Shown: one piece after another, positions 1 to 10,538 of the stretch | How the letters are laid out: every line of letters begins with the position of its first letter | Position numbering within the stretch: position 1 is the stretch's first letter | Source of the DNA: an uncultured delta proteobacterium | Lineage (GTDB): Bacteria; Desulfobacterota; Binatia; Bin18 | Length of the DNA: 64,000 bases | Direction: 5' to 3' | NCBI GenBank assembly: GCA_963733195.1 | Contig: CAVTCR010000086.1 | Span: 1-64,000, forward strand | Program-made: the position numbers and the translations under genes | Notes under the pieces: model-generated | The model's database searches: none | Told to the model about the DNA's origin: nothing | Seen by the model: the letters and a program-made list of their open reading frames with translations, nothing else

Positions 1-282
1 CCATGCCTGTCCGCGCGATAACAGGCTCATTTGGTCATCGAGGTTGTCGAGACTCAGGACACGCTCAACGAAATCTCCGATCGTGGTTGAGGGAACTCCT
101 CCATGCAAACTGATCAGTCCTTCAAGGATAGAAGCATCGCTCATCTCAACTTCGGTAAAATTTGCGAACAATGCCATCAGTTGTGGGTCGGCGGTTTCCT
201 GCGACATCGCCGTGAGCAACTTGTGGCCAGCTCGTTCGGCTTCGAGGAGTTGATTGAGGAGCGATTCCAGTTCGGGAGTCAT
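1..282 (-). CDS. Partial hypothetical ferritin-like protein (DUF6306-like), runs off window edge
   Basis: Own translation MTPELESLLNQLLEAERAGHKLL...IGDFVERVLSL...LSRGQAW; AGGAG SD upstream; not in ORF track. Confidence 0.65.
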   Translation of the reverse strand, partial: MTPELESLLNQLLEAERAGHKLLTAMSQETADPQLMALFANFTEVEMSDASILEGLISLHGGVPSTTIGDFVERVLSLDNLDDQMSLLSRGQAW

Positions 283-432
283 ACAAGGCTCCTATGTTCT
301 AACACTCAGAGATAAATTCATATGACAGTTTGTTTACAAGAGGATGACAACCCTTAACTTTTCAGCAGGGCCTATCTTGGCGATAGACTCGAAGACGGCG
401 TCAAACCGGGGGGAAGAATGAAAAGCGGTTCC

Positions 433-621
433 CTATCTTTTTACATGGCGAATAATTTCACGAGCGACTTCAAGAGTCGCCGCGACCTCAAGAGAGACTC
501 GGTTATTCTGTTCCTCCATGCGAAGTTGGTCCTTTCGGAGGGAATACAAGATACCGGACATAATGACGAGAGCTACAACAATGACGAGCGTGTTCAGATA
601 CGTCAGGATCATAAGATCCAT
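433..621 (-). CDS. Small single-pass membrane protein (62 aa)
   Basis: Hydrophobic N-terminal helix then helical charged tail; AGGA upstream of ATG. Confidence 0.45.
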   Translation of the reverse strand: MDLMILTYLNTLVIVVALVIMSGILYSLRKDQLRMEEQNNRVSLEVAATLEVAREIIRHVKR

Positions 622-845
622 AAGAATTTCCTATAGCCGAAAACATACCGCACTTCAGAAAGGCACGAAAACCAAGTGAAAACGATCATTCTCCTCATCA
701 TCTCCAACATTTTCTGACCCCTGCCTGGTATGGTCACCTGAATTACAAGGAAACCACACTCTAGAAGGTGATTCTCATTAGTTGGCGGTGTTCTTTGTCT
801 TTAAGAAGTGGTAGGAAGCAACGTATCATCACAAAGGAGGATAGT

Positions 846-1262
846 ATGACAAACGTACTCGAAGAAAAAGACGCCATCCACGAAACGATCGCGAATTACT
901 GTTTTCATTTCGACGGAGCAGAGTTCGACAAATGGGTTGATCTCTTTGCTGAGGACGGGACGTTTGATGCCGGGTTACGTGGCGTTCACAAAGGCAAAGA
1001 GGCGTTACGAAAATTCCTCAAGAACATTCCACTGACCGGCGGCAGTCCGATGATGAAACACTGCGTGATGAACGAGATCATCAAAGTTGACGGGGAGAAG
1101 GCGACAGCCAAGAGCTATATCGTCGTGGTGCGATCAAAAGGCGAAGGGGCGTTGGTAAACGGCTTAGCCGGACGCTATGAAGACCAACTCGTCAAGCAGG
1201 GCGATCAATGGCTGTTCAAGAGCCGCAAAGTGCACTTCGATTTGATGGGGGATATGCGATGA
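846..1262 (+). CDS. SnoaL/NTF2-like protein
   Basis: AIHETIANYCFHFD...WVDLFAEDG...GRYEDQLVK..W; AAGGAGG SD before ATG 846. Confidence 0.85.
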   Translation: MTNVLEEKDAIHETIANYCFHFDGAEFDKWVDLFAEDGTFDAGLRGVHKGKEALRKFLKNIPLTGGSPMMKHCVMNEIIKVDGEKATAKSYIVVVRSKGEGALVNGLAGRYEDQLVKQGDQWLFKSRKVHFDLMGDMR

Positions 1263-1401
1263 GCAGGGGAAAGAGATAAAGAGGAAAAAGGAGAAATGGT
1301 TACAGGAACGGTTTTTCCATTTTCTCCCGCTTTTCCCCTACTCGAAATTTGCCTACTTTAATCGGAAGTCGTTCTTATGACTGGTTATGAGGAGGAGTCT
1401 C

Positions 1402-1641
1402 ATGCGCGCTGTCTTTATTATGCTAAAAACCGACCCAGGAACGTTAGCCGCAGTTGCTGATCGTGTGACTGAACTTGAGAGTTTCTCAGAAGCGTTCTCG
1501 ATTTCGGGAGAATACGATTTATTGGTGAAATTGTACGTCGAGAATTTTGACGACCTTTCACATTTAGTCACAGACCAGATCCAGAAGATCCCCCATATAC
1601 GCGAGACGTTTACTATTCTCACGTTCCACGCCTTCAAGTAG
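1402..1641 (+). CDS. Lrp/AsnC ligand-binding (stand-alone RAM) domain protein
   Basis: SISGEYDLLVK...IQKIPHIRETFT; no HTH; GAGGAG SD. Confidence 0.85.
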   Translation: MRAVFIMLKTDPGTLAAVADRVTELESFSEAFSISGEYDLLVKLYVENFDDLSHLVTDQIQKIPHIRETFTILTFHAFK

Positions 1642-1650
1642 GAGCCCGAG

Positions 1651-1986
1651 ATGCGCATCCGTGCTGACCTCAGCGAAGCAATTGCTCTGCAAACACACGA
1701 ATTGCCGTGGGAGCCGTCGCCTGCACCGGGCGTCGAACGTCGCTATCTGTCTCGTGATGAAGAAAAAGGACTGGCAACGACTATTGTCCGTTACGCTCCG
1801 GGTGCCTCATTTCCTGCTCATACGCATTTGACTGGAGAAGAAATCCTCGTCCTCGAAGGTACCTTCGCCGATGAGAATGGTACCTACCCTGCTGGAACCT
1901 ACCTCCGCAATCCGCCCGGTAGCTACCACCATCCCTATAGTCCCGACGGTTGCATCATTTTCGTCAAGCTGGGTCACCTAAAGTAA
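1651..1986 (+). CDS. ChrR-like cupin domain protein
   Basis: WEPSPAPGVERR, FPAHTH..GEEILVLEGTF, YLRNPPGSYHHP. Confidence 0.85.
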   Translation: MRIRADLSEAIALQTHELPWEPSPAPGVERRYLSRDEEKGLATTIVRYAPGASFPAHTHLTGEEILVLEGTFADENGTYPAGTYLRNPPGSYHHPYSPDGCIIFVKLGHLK

Positions 1987-2010
1987 TAGCTTGTCCGGTA
2001 GAAGCATGGA

Positions 2011-3325
2011 TTATCGTGCTCCGCGTTGCAAATACTGCTGTGTGTAGGTTTCCGGCGAATTGTGCGCGACATCTTCGCTAAAGTACCATGCAGCTTGCCA
2101 TTGCTCGAAGGGTTTCGTCCCTGGTGGTGATTCAGAAGTTGTCGCCCGCGACTGTTGCACGTCACCCCATAGCCCATTCGGCATATAGGCCCATTCATCA
2201 ATCACCGTGTCTTTCCCGGCAGTAGGAGGAATAGGCGGATAGTGCACATATCTTGCGGGATAGTAGAAAAACAGGGCAGGAAGTACCGCCATAATTCTCC
2301 ACGCCTGTCGTACATCTCTTCCACCACCGGGGCAAAGAATTCTTGGTCGATGTATAAGATCCGTTTCGAATATGAATAGCGGCCAGCAACCACAGCTCCG
2401 GGGACTCCTTCAACTACCCACACCCGTCGTTTCTCCCATTGCACACACGGAAACGCGGCGAGGAGTCCGTGCCGTCCGTCGCGGGGTGCGCACCACGCTG
2501 AACGGTCGCCATACTTTCCACTATGAACAACAGCGAGAATCTCCTTCTCGGCCAGCACACGGAAATTCCAGTAGTTGAGTTTCGCGTTGAATCCCCAGAG
2601 CGAATCGGTATCAATATCCGTCCCCCAGGTCACATCCCCACGTCCCCCATTCGTCGTACGATGCACACGGCGAGTGATGGGATTGTAGACATATGTATCA
2701 TCAGGAGAGTCTGGCGCAGCATAGCGGCGGAAGAGGGTCGCCATTCCTGCTTTGTCGGGTGGACGAGACAACGGTCCCCACAGTTCAGAATAATGGAGTG
2801 AAGGATTATGCGGGATAACCGGCTTGGGGTCAGTGTATAAACGCCCGAGCCACATCATCCGCCGCCACAACGATTCATAGACTCGCTCACTCGACCATCG
2901 CTGCCAATTAACTCTATCAGCATCTCGGTCCCCATATTGTCAATCGAAAAAGGATTTTGCTGGTAGTTCCATAAGATCTTCGCCCCAGCCATCGGATCTT
3001 GTAGGTCAATCTGCGGAAACGGACAGCCCGCCACATAATCAAACATTTGCCCACCATCCGCAGCCAGTTTTACTTGCGCCGCGTATTTATCCGTCGCCTC
3101 GCGGTACGCACGTGGCCAGGAGATTTTCTTGCTGTCGATGATGGACATGCGCATACCACGCTCGACCATCCAGCGTGTTGCAGGAGTCAGTAACGCTTCG
3201 GCCTGCGCAGCGTTTTCCTGAGTAACGACGTCTCCAAGCTTAACGTCAGCCTGGCTCTGAAAAGGAAAGCAGATCACCAGTAGGGTAGCAATGAAAAAGA
3301 TGGACTGCCGACTCAGCCTTTTCAT
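2011..3325 (-). CDS. DUF1329 exported protein, two frameshifts (~2860, ~2290)
   Basis: Signal peptide, G.PFPQIDLQDPMAGAKILWN, DDTYVYNPITRRV, YSKRILYIDQE spread over three consecutive ORFs. Confidence 0.75.
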
Positions 3326-3557
3326 AATGCCTCCGTTTCCCCTCTTTTCTACTGCTGAGGGTCCTCGAGGCAAGTCAGCCCCTCGTCATGGAATAAACTC
3401 CAGATCCTCGGGCACCGGCAAGGTGATCGGCACCTCAAAAAATGGGGCATTTTTGTCCGGATCGATGACCACAGCTCCATCAGTCATGAAGAAGATGGTG
3501 CAGACGACAAGGAAAAGTCAATTTTTTTCGGCATAATACTGCGTGGAAAACGTCACT

Positions 3558-4580
3558 ATGCCGCTTCACCCAGTCATAGACATCGTTCCTTTACTTGGTG
3601 TCGCTCTCACCGCCCGTGCCGCGTTGTTAGAGCCGAAACACGAGACTGCGCTTCGCCTCTTTAACGGTTTCTCTGAAGGCTGTTCTGACCTGGTTGTGGA
3701 CCTCTACGCGCGAACAGTCGTTCTTCACGACTATACAGAGCCAGCAGAGGAGGCCTCGTCGCATCTGCAGACCATCAAGACTGTACAAGAGTATCTGTGC
3801 AGTCAGTTACCATGTGTACAAGCTGTTTTGTGGAAGCGCCACCGTTCCATGAGCTTGTCTGAGCGGCAAGGAATCATCCTGTACGACGAGCGATTAGACA
3901 GGCACATCCGAGAGCATGGAGTGCGTTACGCTATCGACCTACAAATGCACAGCGACGCGAGTTTTTATCTCGATACGCGTAACCTGCGCGCCTGGGTACT
4001 CCAAAATCTTGCGGGTAAATCTGTACTCAATACCTTTGCCTACACTGGCAGCCTTGGGGTAGCAGCGACAGCCGCGGGAGCGAGTCGCGTTGTGCACCTC
4101 GACCACAACCGCTCATTCTTGAACGTCGCGAAGGATTCTTACTCGTTGAACGGGTTCCCGATTCGCAAAGCCGATTTCCAGGTGGGCGATTTCTGGACAC
4201 ACATTAACGTCCTTAAACGACAAAGTGAACGTTTCGATTGTGTGCTTCTTGATCCGCCTTTTTTCTCAACAACACACAGAGGGACAGTCGATCTTATCAC
4301 GCAGAGTCACCGCCTGATTAACAAAGTCCGACCACTGGTGAATGACGGTGGTTATTTGATCGCGATCAACAACGCATTGTTTGTTTCTGGAGCTGCGTAC
4401 TTGCGATTGCTTGAAGAACTCTGCGCTGATGGATATCTGTCGGTCGAAGAGTTGATCTTAGTTCCATCGGATTGCACTGGATACCCCCACACGATCGTAA
4501 ATCCTCCGCCAGTCGACCCTGGACCGTTCAATCACTCGACGAAGATTGTAGTATTGCGGGTGCGACGCAAGAAAACGTAA
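3558..4580 (+). CDS. SAM-dependent methyltransferase, RlmI/RlmK-like
   Basis: RLFNGFSEG, FYLDTRNLR, VLNTFAYTGSLG, LLDPPFF. Confidence 0.8.
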   Translation: MPLHPVIDIVPLLGVALTARAALLEPKHETALRLFNGFSEGCSDLVVDLYARTVVLHDYTEPAEEASSHLQTIKTVQEYLCSQLPCVQAVLWKRHRSMSLSERQGIILYDERLDRHIREHGVRYAIDLQMHSDASFYLDTRNLRAWVLQNLAGKSVLNTFAYTGSLGVAATAAGASRVVHLDHNRSFLNVAKDSYSLNGFPIRKADFQVGDFWTHINVLKRQSERFDCVLLDPPFFSTTHRGTVDLITQSHRLINKVRPLVNDGGYLIAINNALFVSGAAYLRLLEELCADGYLSVEELILVPSDCTGYPHTIVNPPPVDPGPFNHSTKIVVLRVRRKKT

Positions 4581-4605
4581 GGACGTACGGCGATACACCC
4601 TACCG

Positions 4606-5391
4606 TCAGGAAAACTTCGGCGCCCGTTTCTCCAGAAACGCGCGCATTCCTTCGCGTGCATCGTCAGAAAGAAATACCGATTCCTGGGCCTGCGCCTCGT
4701 ACTGCAAAGCGTCCGACAAGGTACCTGTCGCTCCCACATATGTGGCACGTTTGACGTGTGCCAACGTGCTCGCTGGACCACTGGCAAGTTGTCGCGCGAA
4801 AGTCATGACCTCATCACGAAAAGTGTTATCAGGGCAGACTCGATTGAGGATCCCGAGCCGTAGCGCTTCTGCAGCGTCAATGCGGTCCCCACTCATCATC
4901 AGTTCCATTGCTTTTGCCGTACCAACCAATTGCGTGAGCAAATAGGTCCCGCCCCAATCCGGCACCAAGGCGATCTTCACAAAGCTTTCAGAAAAGCGAG
5001 CGCTCTGAGCAGCAAAGCGCATGTCACAGGCTAAAGCCAGATTGACTCCCGCTCCCGCGGCGGCACCGTTCACCGCAGCAATCACCGGCTTCGACATCGA
5101 GCGAATAAGATTCACTACCTGTCCGCCGACCTTCATACGCTGCGGGATGATAGAAGCATCATTTTTGGCTTGCATTTCAGCCATGCTCGCGATATCGCCA
5201 CCAGCACAGAACGCTTTGCCCGCGCCGGTAATAACAATACAGCGAACCCTTTTATCTGCTTCTGCTTGTTGCAACATTTGCAGCAAATCTTCACGCATCG
5301 TACCGCCGAAGGCGTTCATGACTTCGGGACGGTTGAGTGTCACAACAGCAACACGATCCGTGATTTCATAGAGAATGTGAGTAGGACTGAT
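4606..5391 (-). CDS. Enoyl-CoA hydratase/isomerase
   Basis: TLNRPEVMNA, AFCAGGD, AAVNGAAAGAG, AFLEKRAPKF; frame extends to ISPTHILYEITDRVAVV at 5391. Confidence 0.9.
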   Translation of the reverse strand: MSPTHILYEITDRVAVVTLNRPEVMNAFGGTMREDLLQMLQQAEADKRVRCIVITGAGKAFCAGGDIASMAEMQAKNDASIIPQRMKVGGQVVNLIRSMSKPVIAAVNGAAAGAGVNLALACDMRFAAQSARFSESFVKIALVPDWGGTYLLTQLVGTAKAMELMMSGDRIDAAEALRLGILNRVCPDNTFRDEVMTFARQLASGPASTLAHVKRATYVGATGTLSDALQYEAQAQESVFLSDDAREGMRAFLEKRAPKFS

Positions 5392-5464
5392 ACTTCCTCG
5401 CGGGTATGGTTCCCTCTCCCAGAGGAAGAGGGGCAGGGTGAGAGAAAGACGTAACAGAACCTAC

Positions 5465-6073
5465 CTACGCCTTCGCACTTGCTCGTGCCGATACTTCCGC
5501 ATGCCAGCGGGCAAGGTTGGCCTGGTCTGGCTGAATCGCAATTTTCGACACACGGCCAAAATCAATCGCGCACAGCGCCGTGATGTCCGCAATCGTATAG
5601 CGGTCACCGGCAATGAATTTGCGATTCACGAGTTCATCGTTTAATCGTGCCAGTCGTTCTTCAGCGTCTTTCTTCTGCGCCTCGGCAAACTCTGGTGTCT
5701 GGCGGATTTTTCCTTTGAAGAACTCGTGTCGTTGACGAAAGGCATTAGCGACAGGAATCAGCAGTTCAAGTTCCATCCGTCGCTGCCACATCTCAACGAT
5801 CGCGCGGTCTTTCGCATCGACGCCCATCAACGGTGGATTGGGATGCAACTCTTCAAGGTAACGGCAAATCGCAACCGTCTCAGAAATGCAGGTTCCGTCG
5901 TCGAGTTCTAGGACCGGAACAGTTCCTGAAGGATTTTTCTTGCGAAACTCTTCTCCACGATTGATGGCTTTGCCAAGATCGACTTCTTCGTAGGGAATCT
6001 GAATCCCTTTTTCGGCCACAAAGACACGAACGCGACGCGGATTCGGCGCGGTTTTGCTGTCATAAATTTTCAT
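5465..6073 (-). CDS. Glutathione S-transferase
   Basis: APNPRRVR, KNPSGTVPVLELDDG, SETVAICRYLE, YTIADITA. Confidence 0.92.
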   Translation of the reverse strand: MKIYDSKTAPNPRRVRVFVAEKGIQIPYEEVDLGKAINRGEEFRKKNPSGTVPVLELDDGTCISETVAICRYLEELHPNPPLMGVDAKDRAIVEMWQRRMELELLIPVANAFRQRHEFFKGKIRQTPEFAEAQKKDAEERLARLNDELVNRKFIAGDRYTIADITALCAIDFGRVSKIAIQPDQANLARWHAEVSARASAKA

Positions 6074-6159
6074 AAGAGCCCTCCTTGGAGTGGATAAAAT
6101 CGCCAACACTTTACGATGGACGACAACACGGAGCTAGAGGAGTTCTAAATCGGATTTTC

Positions 6160-6534
6160 CTACTCGTCCACAAAATCTTTGAAACGAAATTGTTCCACGC
6201 CGATGAGTGGTATTTTCGTTGCACTGAATAAAGCCCGCCTTCCGATCCTCGGGGTAATGTGTCCGTCAATTCTCGCACTCACCGTGTGACCATCATCAAG
6301 TCGTGCATAGACCCACCAGGAAATTCTTGGAGAGGACTTCCTTGCAACAGTCTCAAAAGAAACGATTGTACCTGTCACTTCACGTGCTTCCCTCGGAATG
6401 TAAACAAGAAAAAACACAAAAGCAAAAACAGCGAATAGTGCAATACCAGCAAAGCTTGCGAGAAGCAGAGAACGCCGCTCAATCTTATCAAATTCGCGGA
6501 GGCGCTTTTGATTACTCGCCATGTTTGGCTTCAC
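6160..6534 (-). CDS. Hypothetical membrane protein
   Basis: One hydrophobic segment then beta-rich domain; overlaps the upstream gene stop (translational coupling). Confidence 0.5.
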   Translation of the reverse strand: MKPNMASNQKRLREFDKIERRSLLLASFAGIALFAVFAFVFFLVYIPREAREVTGTIVSFETVARKSSPRISWWVYARLDDGHTVSARIDGHITPRIGRRALFSATKIPLIGVEQFRFKDFVDE

Positions 6535-7697
6535 ACAAACCCCAACTCTATCGCCGCCAACATCTCTAACACTTCGTCACGTTTGAGCGTGTGGAGCGGC
6601 GCAGAGCGGAGATCACGGAAGTAGCGTTCCAACGGATTGCCTTTCAGATAACCTTGCCCGCCAGCAATACGAGTTGCCAGATTTGCGACTTCGAGCATGT
6701 TCTCTGCCACAAATGTCCTCAACATTTCGATCGTTGGCACTTGGCGTTCACCGTAGGGACGTTTCTCGGATATCTCCCGAGCGATCGTGTAGAGCATCGT
6801 ACGGCAGGCTTCGAGCCGAGTGTACATCTCCCCTATAGCAAACCGGTTCCATGGTAGATGCCCAACAAGTTGCCCACTCTTCCCCTTCTGCACTTTCCGT
6901 GTGCGTGCATAGTCTAGCACGTAGTTGTACATCGCTTGGCCAATGCCAAGATAGACGGCAGAAAACGAGAGACAGTACCAATGGGCAACTTGGCTGAATT
7001 CCTCGAAGAGGTGCCCTTCTTCGCCGATCAGTTGGTCAGGTGTTGCAAAGACATCACGGATCATAATGGTATGACTGCCAGTGGCACGCATACCCATGGC
7101 ATCCCAGGTTTCGATGACCTCAAGCCCCGGCGTATCTCGCGCCAGGAGAAACGCGCAACCACCAGAAGCTGATCCATTGTAACCTTCGAGGGACGTGCTA
7201 ATACCGAAGTAATCGACAACCGGAACAAGCGTGGAAAACACTTTCTGCCCGTTGAGAATATAACCACCTGAGACTTTCCTCGCCATAGTCTGTGGGGAGA
7301 GAATCGAACGGGCACCACCGCCTTCGGTATAGAATCCATTCACCAACATCTGCTTACGCCCGACATTACCAAGGTACAACTCTTTCTGTGCTGCAGTCAT
7401 GAACGGCGTATAGAATCCGACCGTATTGCAGTGCATGTTGATAGCAAATGCAGTAGCTGAGCACCCCTGTGCTAGTTGCTCTTGAGCGAGGACGAATGTT
7501 AATGGTGACGCTCCCCACCCACCGTATTCTTTTGGAGTCGTCATCGTGGTGTAACCCACCTCCTTGAGGCGAGCAATATTCTCAAAGGGAAAGCTGCCTT
7601 CGCGGTCGTGCTGTTCAGCCCGTGGGGCAAATTCTTTCGCAAGTTCTTGGGCAATTCCTATGATACGTTCTTGTTCTGAAGTTAGGTCAAGAAACAT
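6531..7697 (-). CDS. Acyl-CoA dehydrogenase family protein
   Basis: AEQHDREGSFP, LNGQKVFST, WDAMGMRATGSH, PLERYFRD. Confidence 0.92.
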   Translation of the reverse strand: MFLDLTSEQERIIGIAQELAKEFAPRAEQHDREGSFPFENIARLKEVGYTTMTTPKEYGGWGASPLTFVLAQEQLAQGCSATAFAINMHCNTVGFYTPFMTAAQKELYLGNVGRKQMLVNGFYTEGGGARSILSPQTMARKVSGGYILNGQKVFSTLVPVVDYFGISTSLEGYNGSASGGCAFLLARDTPGLEVIETWDAMGMRATGSHTIMIRDVFATPDQLIGEEGHLFEEFSQVAHWYCLSFSAVYLGIGQAMYNYVLDYARTRKVQKGKSGQLVGHLPWNRFAIGEMYTRLEACRTMLYTIAREISEKRPYGERQVPTIEMLRTFVAENMLEVANLATRIAGGQGYLKGNPLERYFRDLRSAPLHTLKRDEVLEMLAAIELGFV

Positions 7698-7839
7698 GGG
7701 AACCTCCGGATTTCCGCAAAACACGAGGCGACACAAGAATACAGAATAGAAAAAGAGTTTGCCTCCCCCTAATCTTTGCCTTTACTCTATCTCTTATATT
7801 CTGCGTTCTTGCCTCACCACGTTTTCCATTTTAGCAAGC

Positions 7840-8619
7840 CTATTTCCCCCGAAACCTCGGTTTACGCTTTTCTATAAACGCCTGTACGCCCTCATAGAAA
7901 TCTTCACTCATATACGCCATAACGGTCAGGTCGTCGCCATCAACAGCACGGCGATGTACCTGCAATCGACGAATTGCTTCTTTCGTCACTCTCAGCGTTA
8001 TCGGTGCGTGGGTCGCAATTTCCTGAGCGACTGCTGAGACATGCTCCAACAAACGATCTGCAGGAATAATTTCATTGATGAGACCGAGTTGATGAGCGTC
8101 GCTTGCCGACAGTAATCGCGCACGAAACAACAACTCTTTTGTCCGTGCCGGTCCAACCATATCTATGAGTCGGGCATAGTTCGCAATCGACAAACAATTC
8201 CCTAATGTCCGTGCAATCGGCACCCCAATTTGACTGTCTGGCGTGCAGTAGCGTAGGTCACAAGTCAAGGCAATCACTGCGCCCGCGCCCGCGGCAGGAC
8301 CAGTAATCGCAGCAATCGTTGGTTTAGTCACTTGCTCAAGGCGGCCAATGACTTCATCTAACCGCCGCTCATAGTTCAGCGCATCTTCCTCGGTACGAAA
8401 ATTCTGAAACTGGCTGATGTCAGTGCCAGCAACAAACGCTTTGTCTCCTGCTCCACGGAAGATCACGGCACGGATCGCTTCATCACGATCAACCTCCTCA
8501 CATACTTCCATCAAGCCATCGTACATCGCCCACGTAATTGCGTTGCGTGCTTCAGGACGATTGAAAGTCACAATGGCAATGACGCCATCGCGCTCAAAGA
8601 GGAGTTCTGACGTACTCAT
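7840..8619 (-). CDS. Enoyl-CoA hydratase/isomerase
   Basis: FNRPEARNA, AFVAGTDIS, PIARTLGNCLS, AFIEKRKPRF. Confidence 0.92.
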   Translation of the reverse strand: MSTSELLFERDGVIAIVTFNRPEARNAITWAMYDGLMEVCEEVDRDEAIRAVIFRGAGDKAFVAGTDISQFQNFRTEEDALNYERRLDEVIGRLEQVTKPTIAAITGPAAGAGAVIALTCDLRYCTPDSQIGVPIARTLGNCLSIANYARLIDMVGPARTKELLFRARLLSASDAHQLGLINEIIPADRLLEHVSAVAQEIATHAPITLRVTKEAIRRLQVHRRAVDGDDLTVMAYMSEDFYEGVQAFIEKRKPRFRGK

Positions 8620-8731
8620 AGGTACTCCTTCCTGTTCTTCGATTTACTGGGAACTTATCCGCGAACCTTGATTTCATTTCTTCTGTCATATGGTATGGAC
8701 TTTCACCAGCAGAGTGAAAAGGAGATGCATC

Positions 8732-9334
8732 ATGGGACGACTACGCCAAGTATCGAAAGCCGAAGCTCCACCGGAAGTTTTGGAAGTCTATCGTCAGTTC
8801 TTTGGTGACCGTGACCCCGTCGCTGAACCAGGGACCGCAACTGGAACTCCTGGTGATTACTGGACGACGTTTGCTCTGGTTCCAGACCTCTTCTTGATGG
8901 CGAGGAATTCCCTCATGGGGCTATTACAACCGGGACGTAAGCTCGATCCCAAACTGCGAGAACTAGCGATCTTACGCACGGGTATCGTCGGCGATTCCAA
9001 ATTTGAATACTCGCAGCATATGAAGGTTGCCCGCACGGTCGGAATCTCAGAAGAAAAACTTGCGGCAATCAAGGGATGGAAAACGAGTGATCTCTTCCCG
9101 CCAATAGAACGGGCAGTGATGGCAGCGAGCGATGAAATTCTCTCACTCAATCGGGTTGAGGATGAAACCTTTGCTGCCCTCAAACAACACCTATCCGACC
9201 CGGAGATTCTCGAACTGTTTGTCGTCGTGGGACTGTGGCGGATGCATGGGTTGATTGTCCGTGCCTTACACCTTGAGTACGATAACGATATAACTTCCCG
9301 TCTCACAGAAGTGCCGGCTCCAGACACAAAATAA
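8732..9334 (+). CDS. Carboxymuconolactone decarboxylase/AhpD-like protein
   Basis: LDPKLRELAILR...EYSQH, ERAVMAASDEI. Confidence 0.8.
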   Translation: MGRLRQVSKAEAPPEVLEVYRQFFGDRDPVAEPGTATGTPGDYWTTFALVPDLFLMARNSLMGLLQPGRKLDPKLRELAILRTGIVGDSKFEYSQHMKVARTVGISEEKLAAIKGWKTSDLFPPIERAVMAASDEILSLNRVEDETFAALKQHLSDPEILELFVVVGLWRMHGLIVRALHLEYDNDITSRLTEVPAPDTK

Positions 9335-9360
9335 TTGCCCGAGGAAGGATACGTAAAATC

Positions 9361-10236
9361 ATGAAAGAGTTCAAAGATCGTGTCGCTGTTGTCACCGGAG
9401 CCGCTAGCGGTATTGGTCGCGCCATGGCCGAACGGTTTGCTACGGCAGGAATGAAAATCGTGCTTGCGGATGTTGAAGAGAATGCACTGAAAAAGACCGA
9501 GAGCGAATTTAAAGCCCAAGGCGCAACGACGTTGAGCGTCGTGACAGACGTGTCGCAGGCTGCGCAGGTTGATGCGCTCGCACGTAAAACGCTTGATACG
9601 TTCGGTGCGGTCCACATTGTCTGCAACAATGCCGGGGTCGGCGGCGATATGGGCACGACCTGGGATCACACGCTCGAAAATTGGCAATGGGTGATTGGCG
9701 TGAATCTATGGGGTGTTATTCACGGTATACGGACGTTCGTGCCGATCATGTTGCAGCAAAGCACTGAAGGACACATCGTCAACACTGCATCGATGGCTGG
9801 CCACCTTTCTGCTCCATTCATGTCGGTCTATGACGCAACAAAATTTGCCGTCGTGACGATGTCCGAATCCTTGCATCTAGAACTTCTGATGCAATCTTCT
9901 CCAATAAAGGTTTCCGTTTTGTGCCCCGGATTTGTCAAAACCAACATCATTGATTCCGCACGTAACCGTCCGGCCCATCTCGCAACGCCAGAGCGACCAA
10001 TTCCAGAATCGCATCAAGCGTTTGTCGAAATGGCCCGAGTGATGATTAACGCCGGTATGCCACCATCAGAAGTCGCCGAAAAAGTCTTTCAGGCCATCGT
10101 GAACGAGCAGTTCTATATTTTTCCTCACCCTGAGTTTCTCCAGTTTGTTCGCTCACGTATGGAGAATATCCTCGCCGGAACCAATCCGACGTTTAATCCT
10201 CCGGTGCCGATGCCGGGGATGCAGGAAAACAAGTAA
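9361..10236 (+). CDS. SDR family oxidoreductase
   Basis: TGAASGIG, NNAG, YDATK. Confidence 0.93.
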   Translation: MKEFKDRVAVVTGAASGIGRAMAERFATAGMKIVLADVEENALKKTESEFKAQGATTLSVVTDVSQAAQVDALARKTLDTFGAVHIVCNNAGVGGDMGTTWDHTLENWQWVIGVNLWGVIHGIRTFVPIMLQQSTEGHIVNTASMAGHLSAPFMSVYDATKFAVVTMSESLHLELLMQSSPIKVSVLCPGFVKTNIIDSARNRPAHLATPERPIPESHQAFVEMARVMINAGMPPSEVAEKVFQAIVNEQFYIFPHPEFLQFVRSRMENILAGTNPTFNPPVPMPGMQENK

Positions 10237-10299
10237 GCATGAGTCATGAAGTCGCCGTTAGGCTAGGGACCCTCTGTGGCGAAGGTTACGTCTTACAGA

Positions 10300-10536
10300 G
10301 TCGGCTTTTCGGCACGGGTATAAGGAAGATGATGTGCTACGAATTGCTACAAGGTCGATATTCCAGAATCCGTAGCCAGCGAGGAATTCCCGATAGCGTA
10401 TGAGATCTTTGGACGGAACGCTGCACGGCGACTATCTTCATGTTATTTACCGAATAGTTATCCGACGGTCGCTGGTTGGTGTTTCATATCATCCGTATGA
10501 CAGAGGCTCACAAGAGGCGTTACAAAAGGATACTAG
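10300..10536 (+). pseudogene. Frameshifted BrnT-like toxin (boundaries approximate)
   Basis: Fragments YEIFGR / TLHGDYLHVIYR / DGRWLVFHIIRMTEAHKRRY in different frames, directly before an antitoxin-like gene. Confidence 0.45.
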
Positions 10537-10538
10537 CC

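Noticed and set aside
3386-3487. 33-aa minus-strand ORF MTDGAVVIDPDKNAPFFEVPITLPVPEDLEFIP
   Set aside because: No SD and no recognisable family; lies in a probable promoter region.
8732-9334. AhpD-like protein as a second selenoprotein
   Set aside because: No in-frame TGA and no CxxC/UxxC motif.
8857-9687. Long antisense ORFs (also 22658-23338, 26694-27398, 48686-49423, 55917-56576)
   Set aside because: Shadow frames of well-supported genes on the opposite strand.
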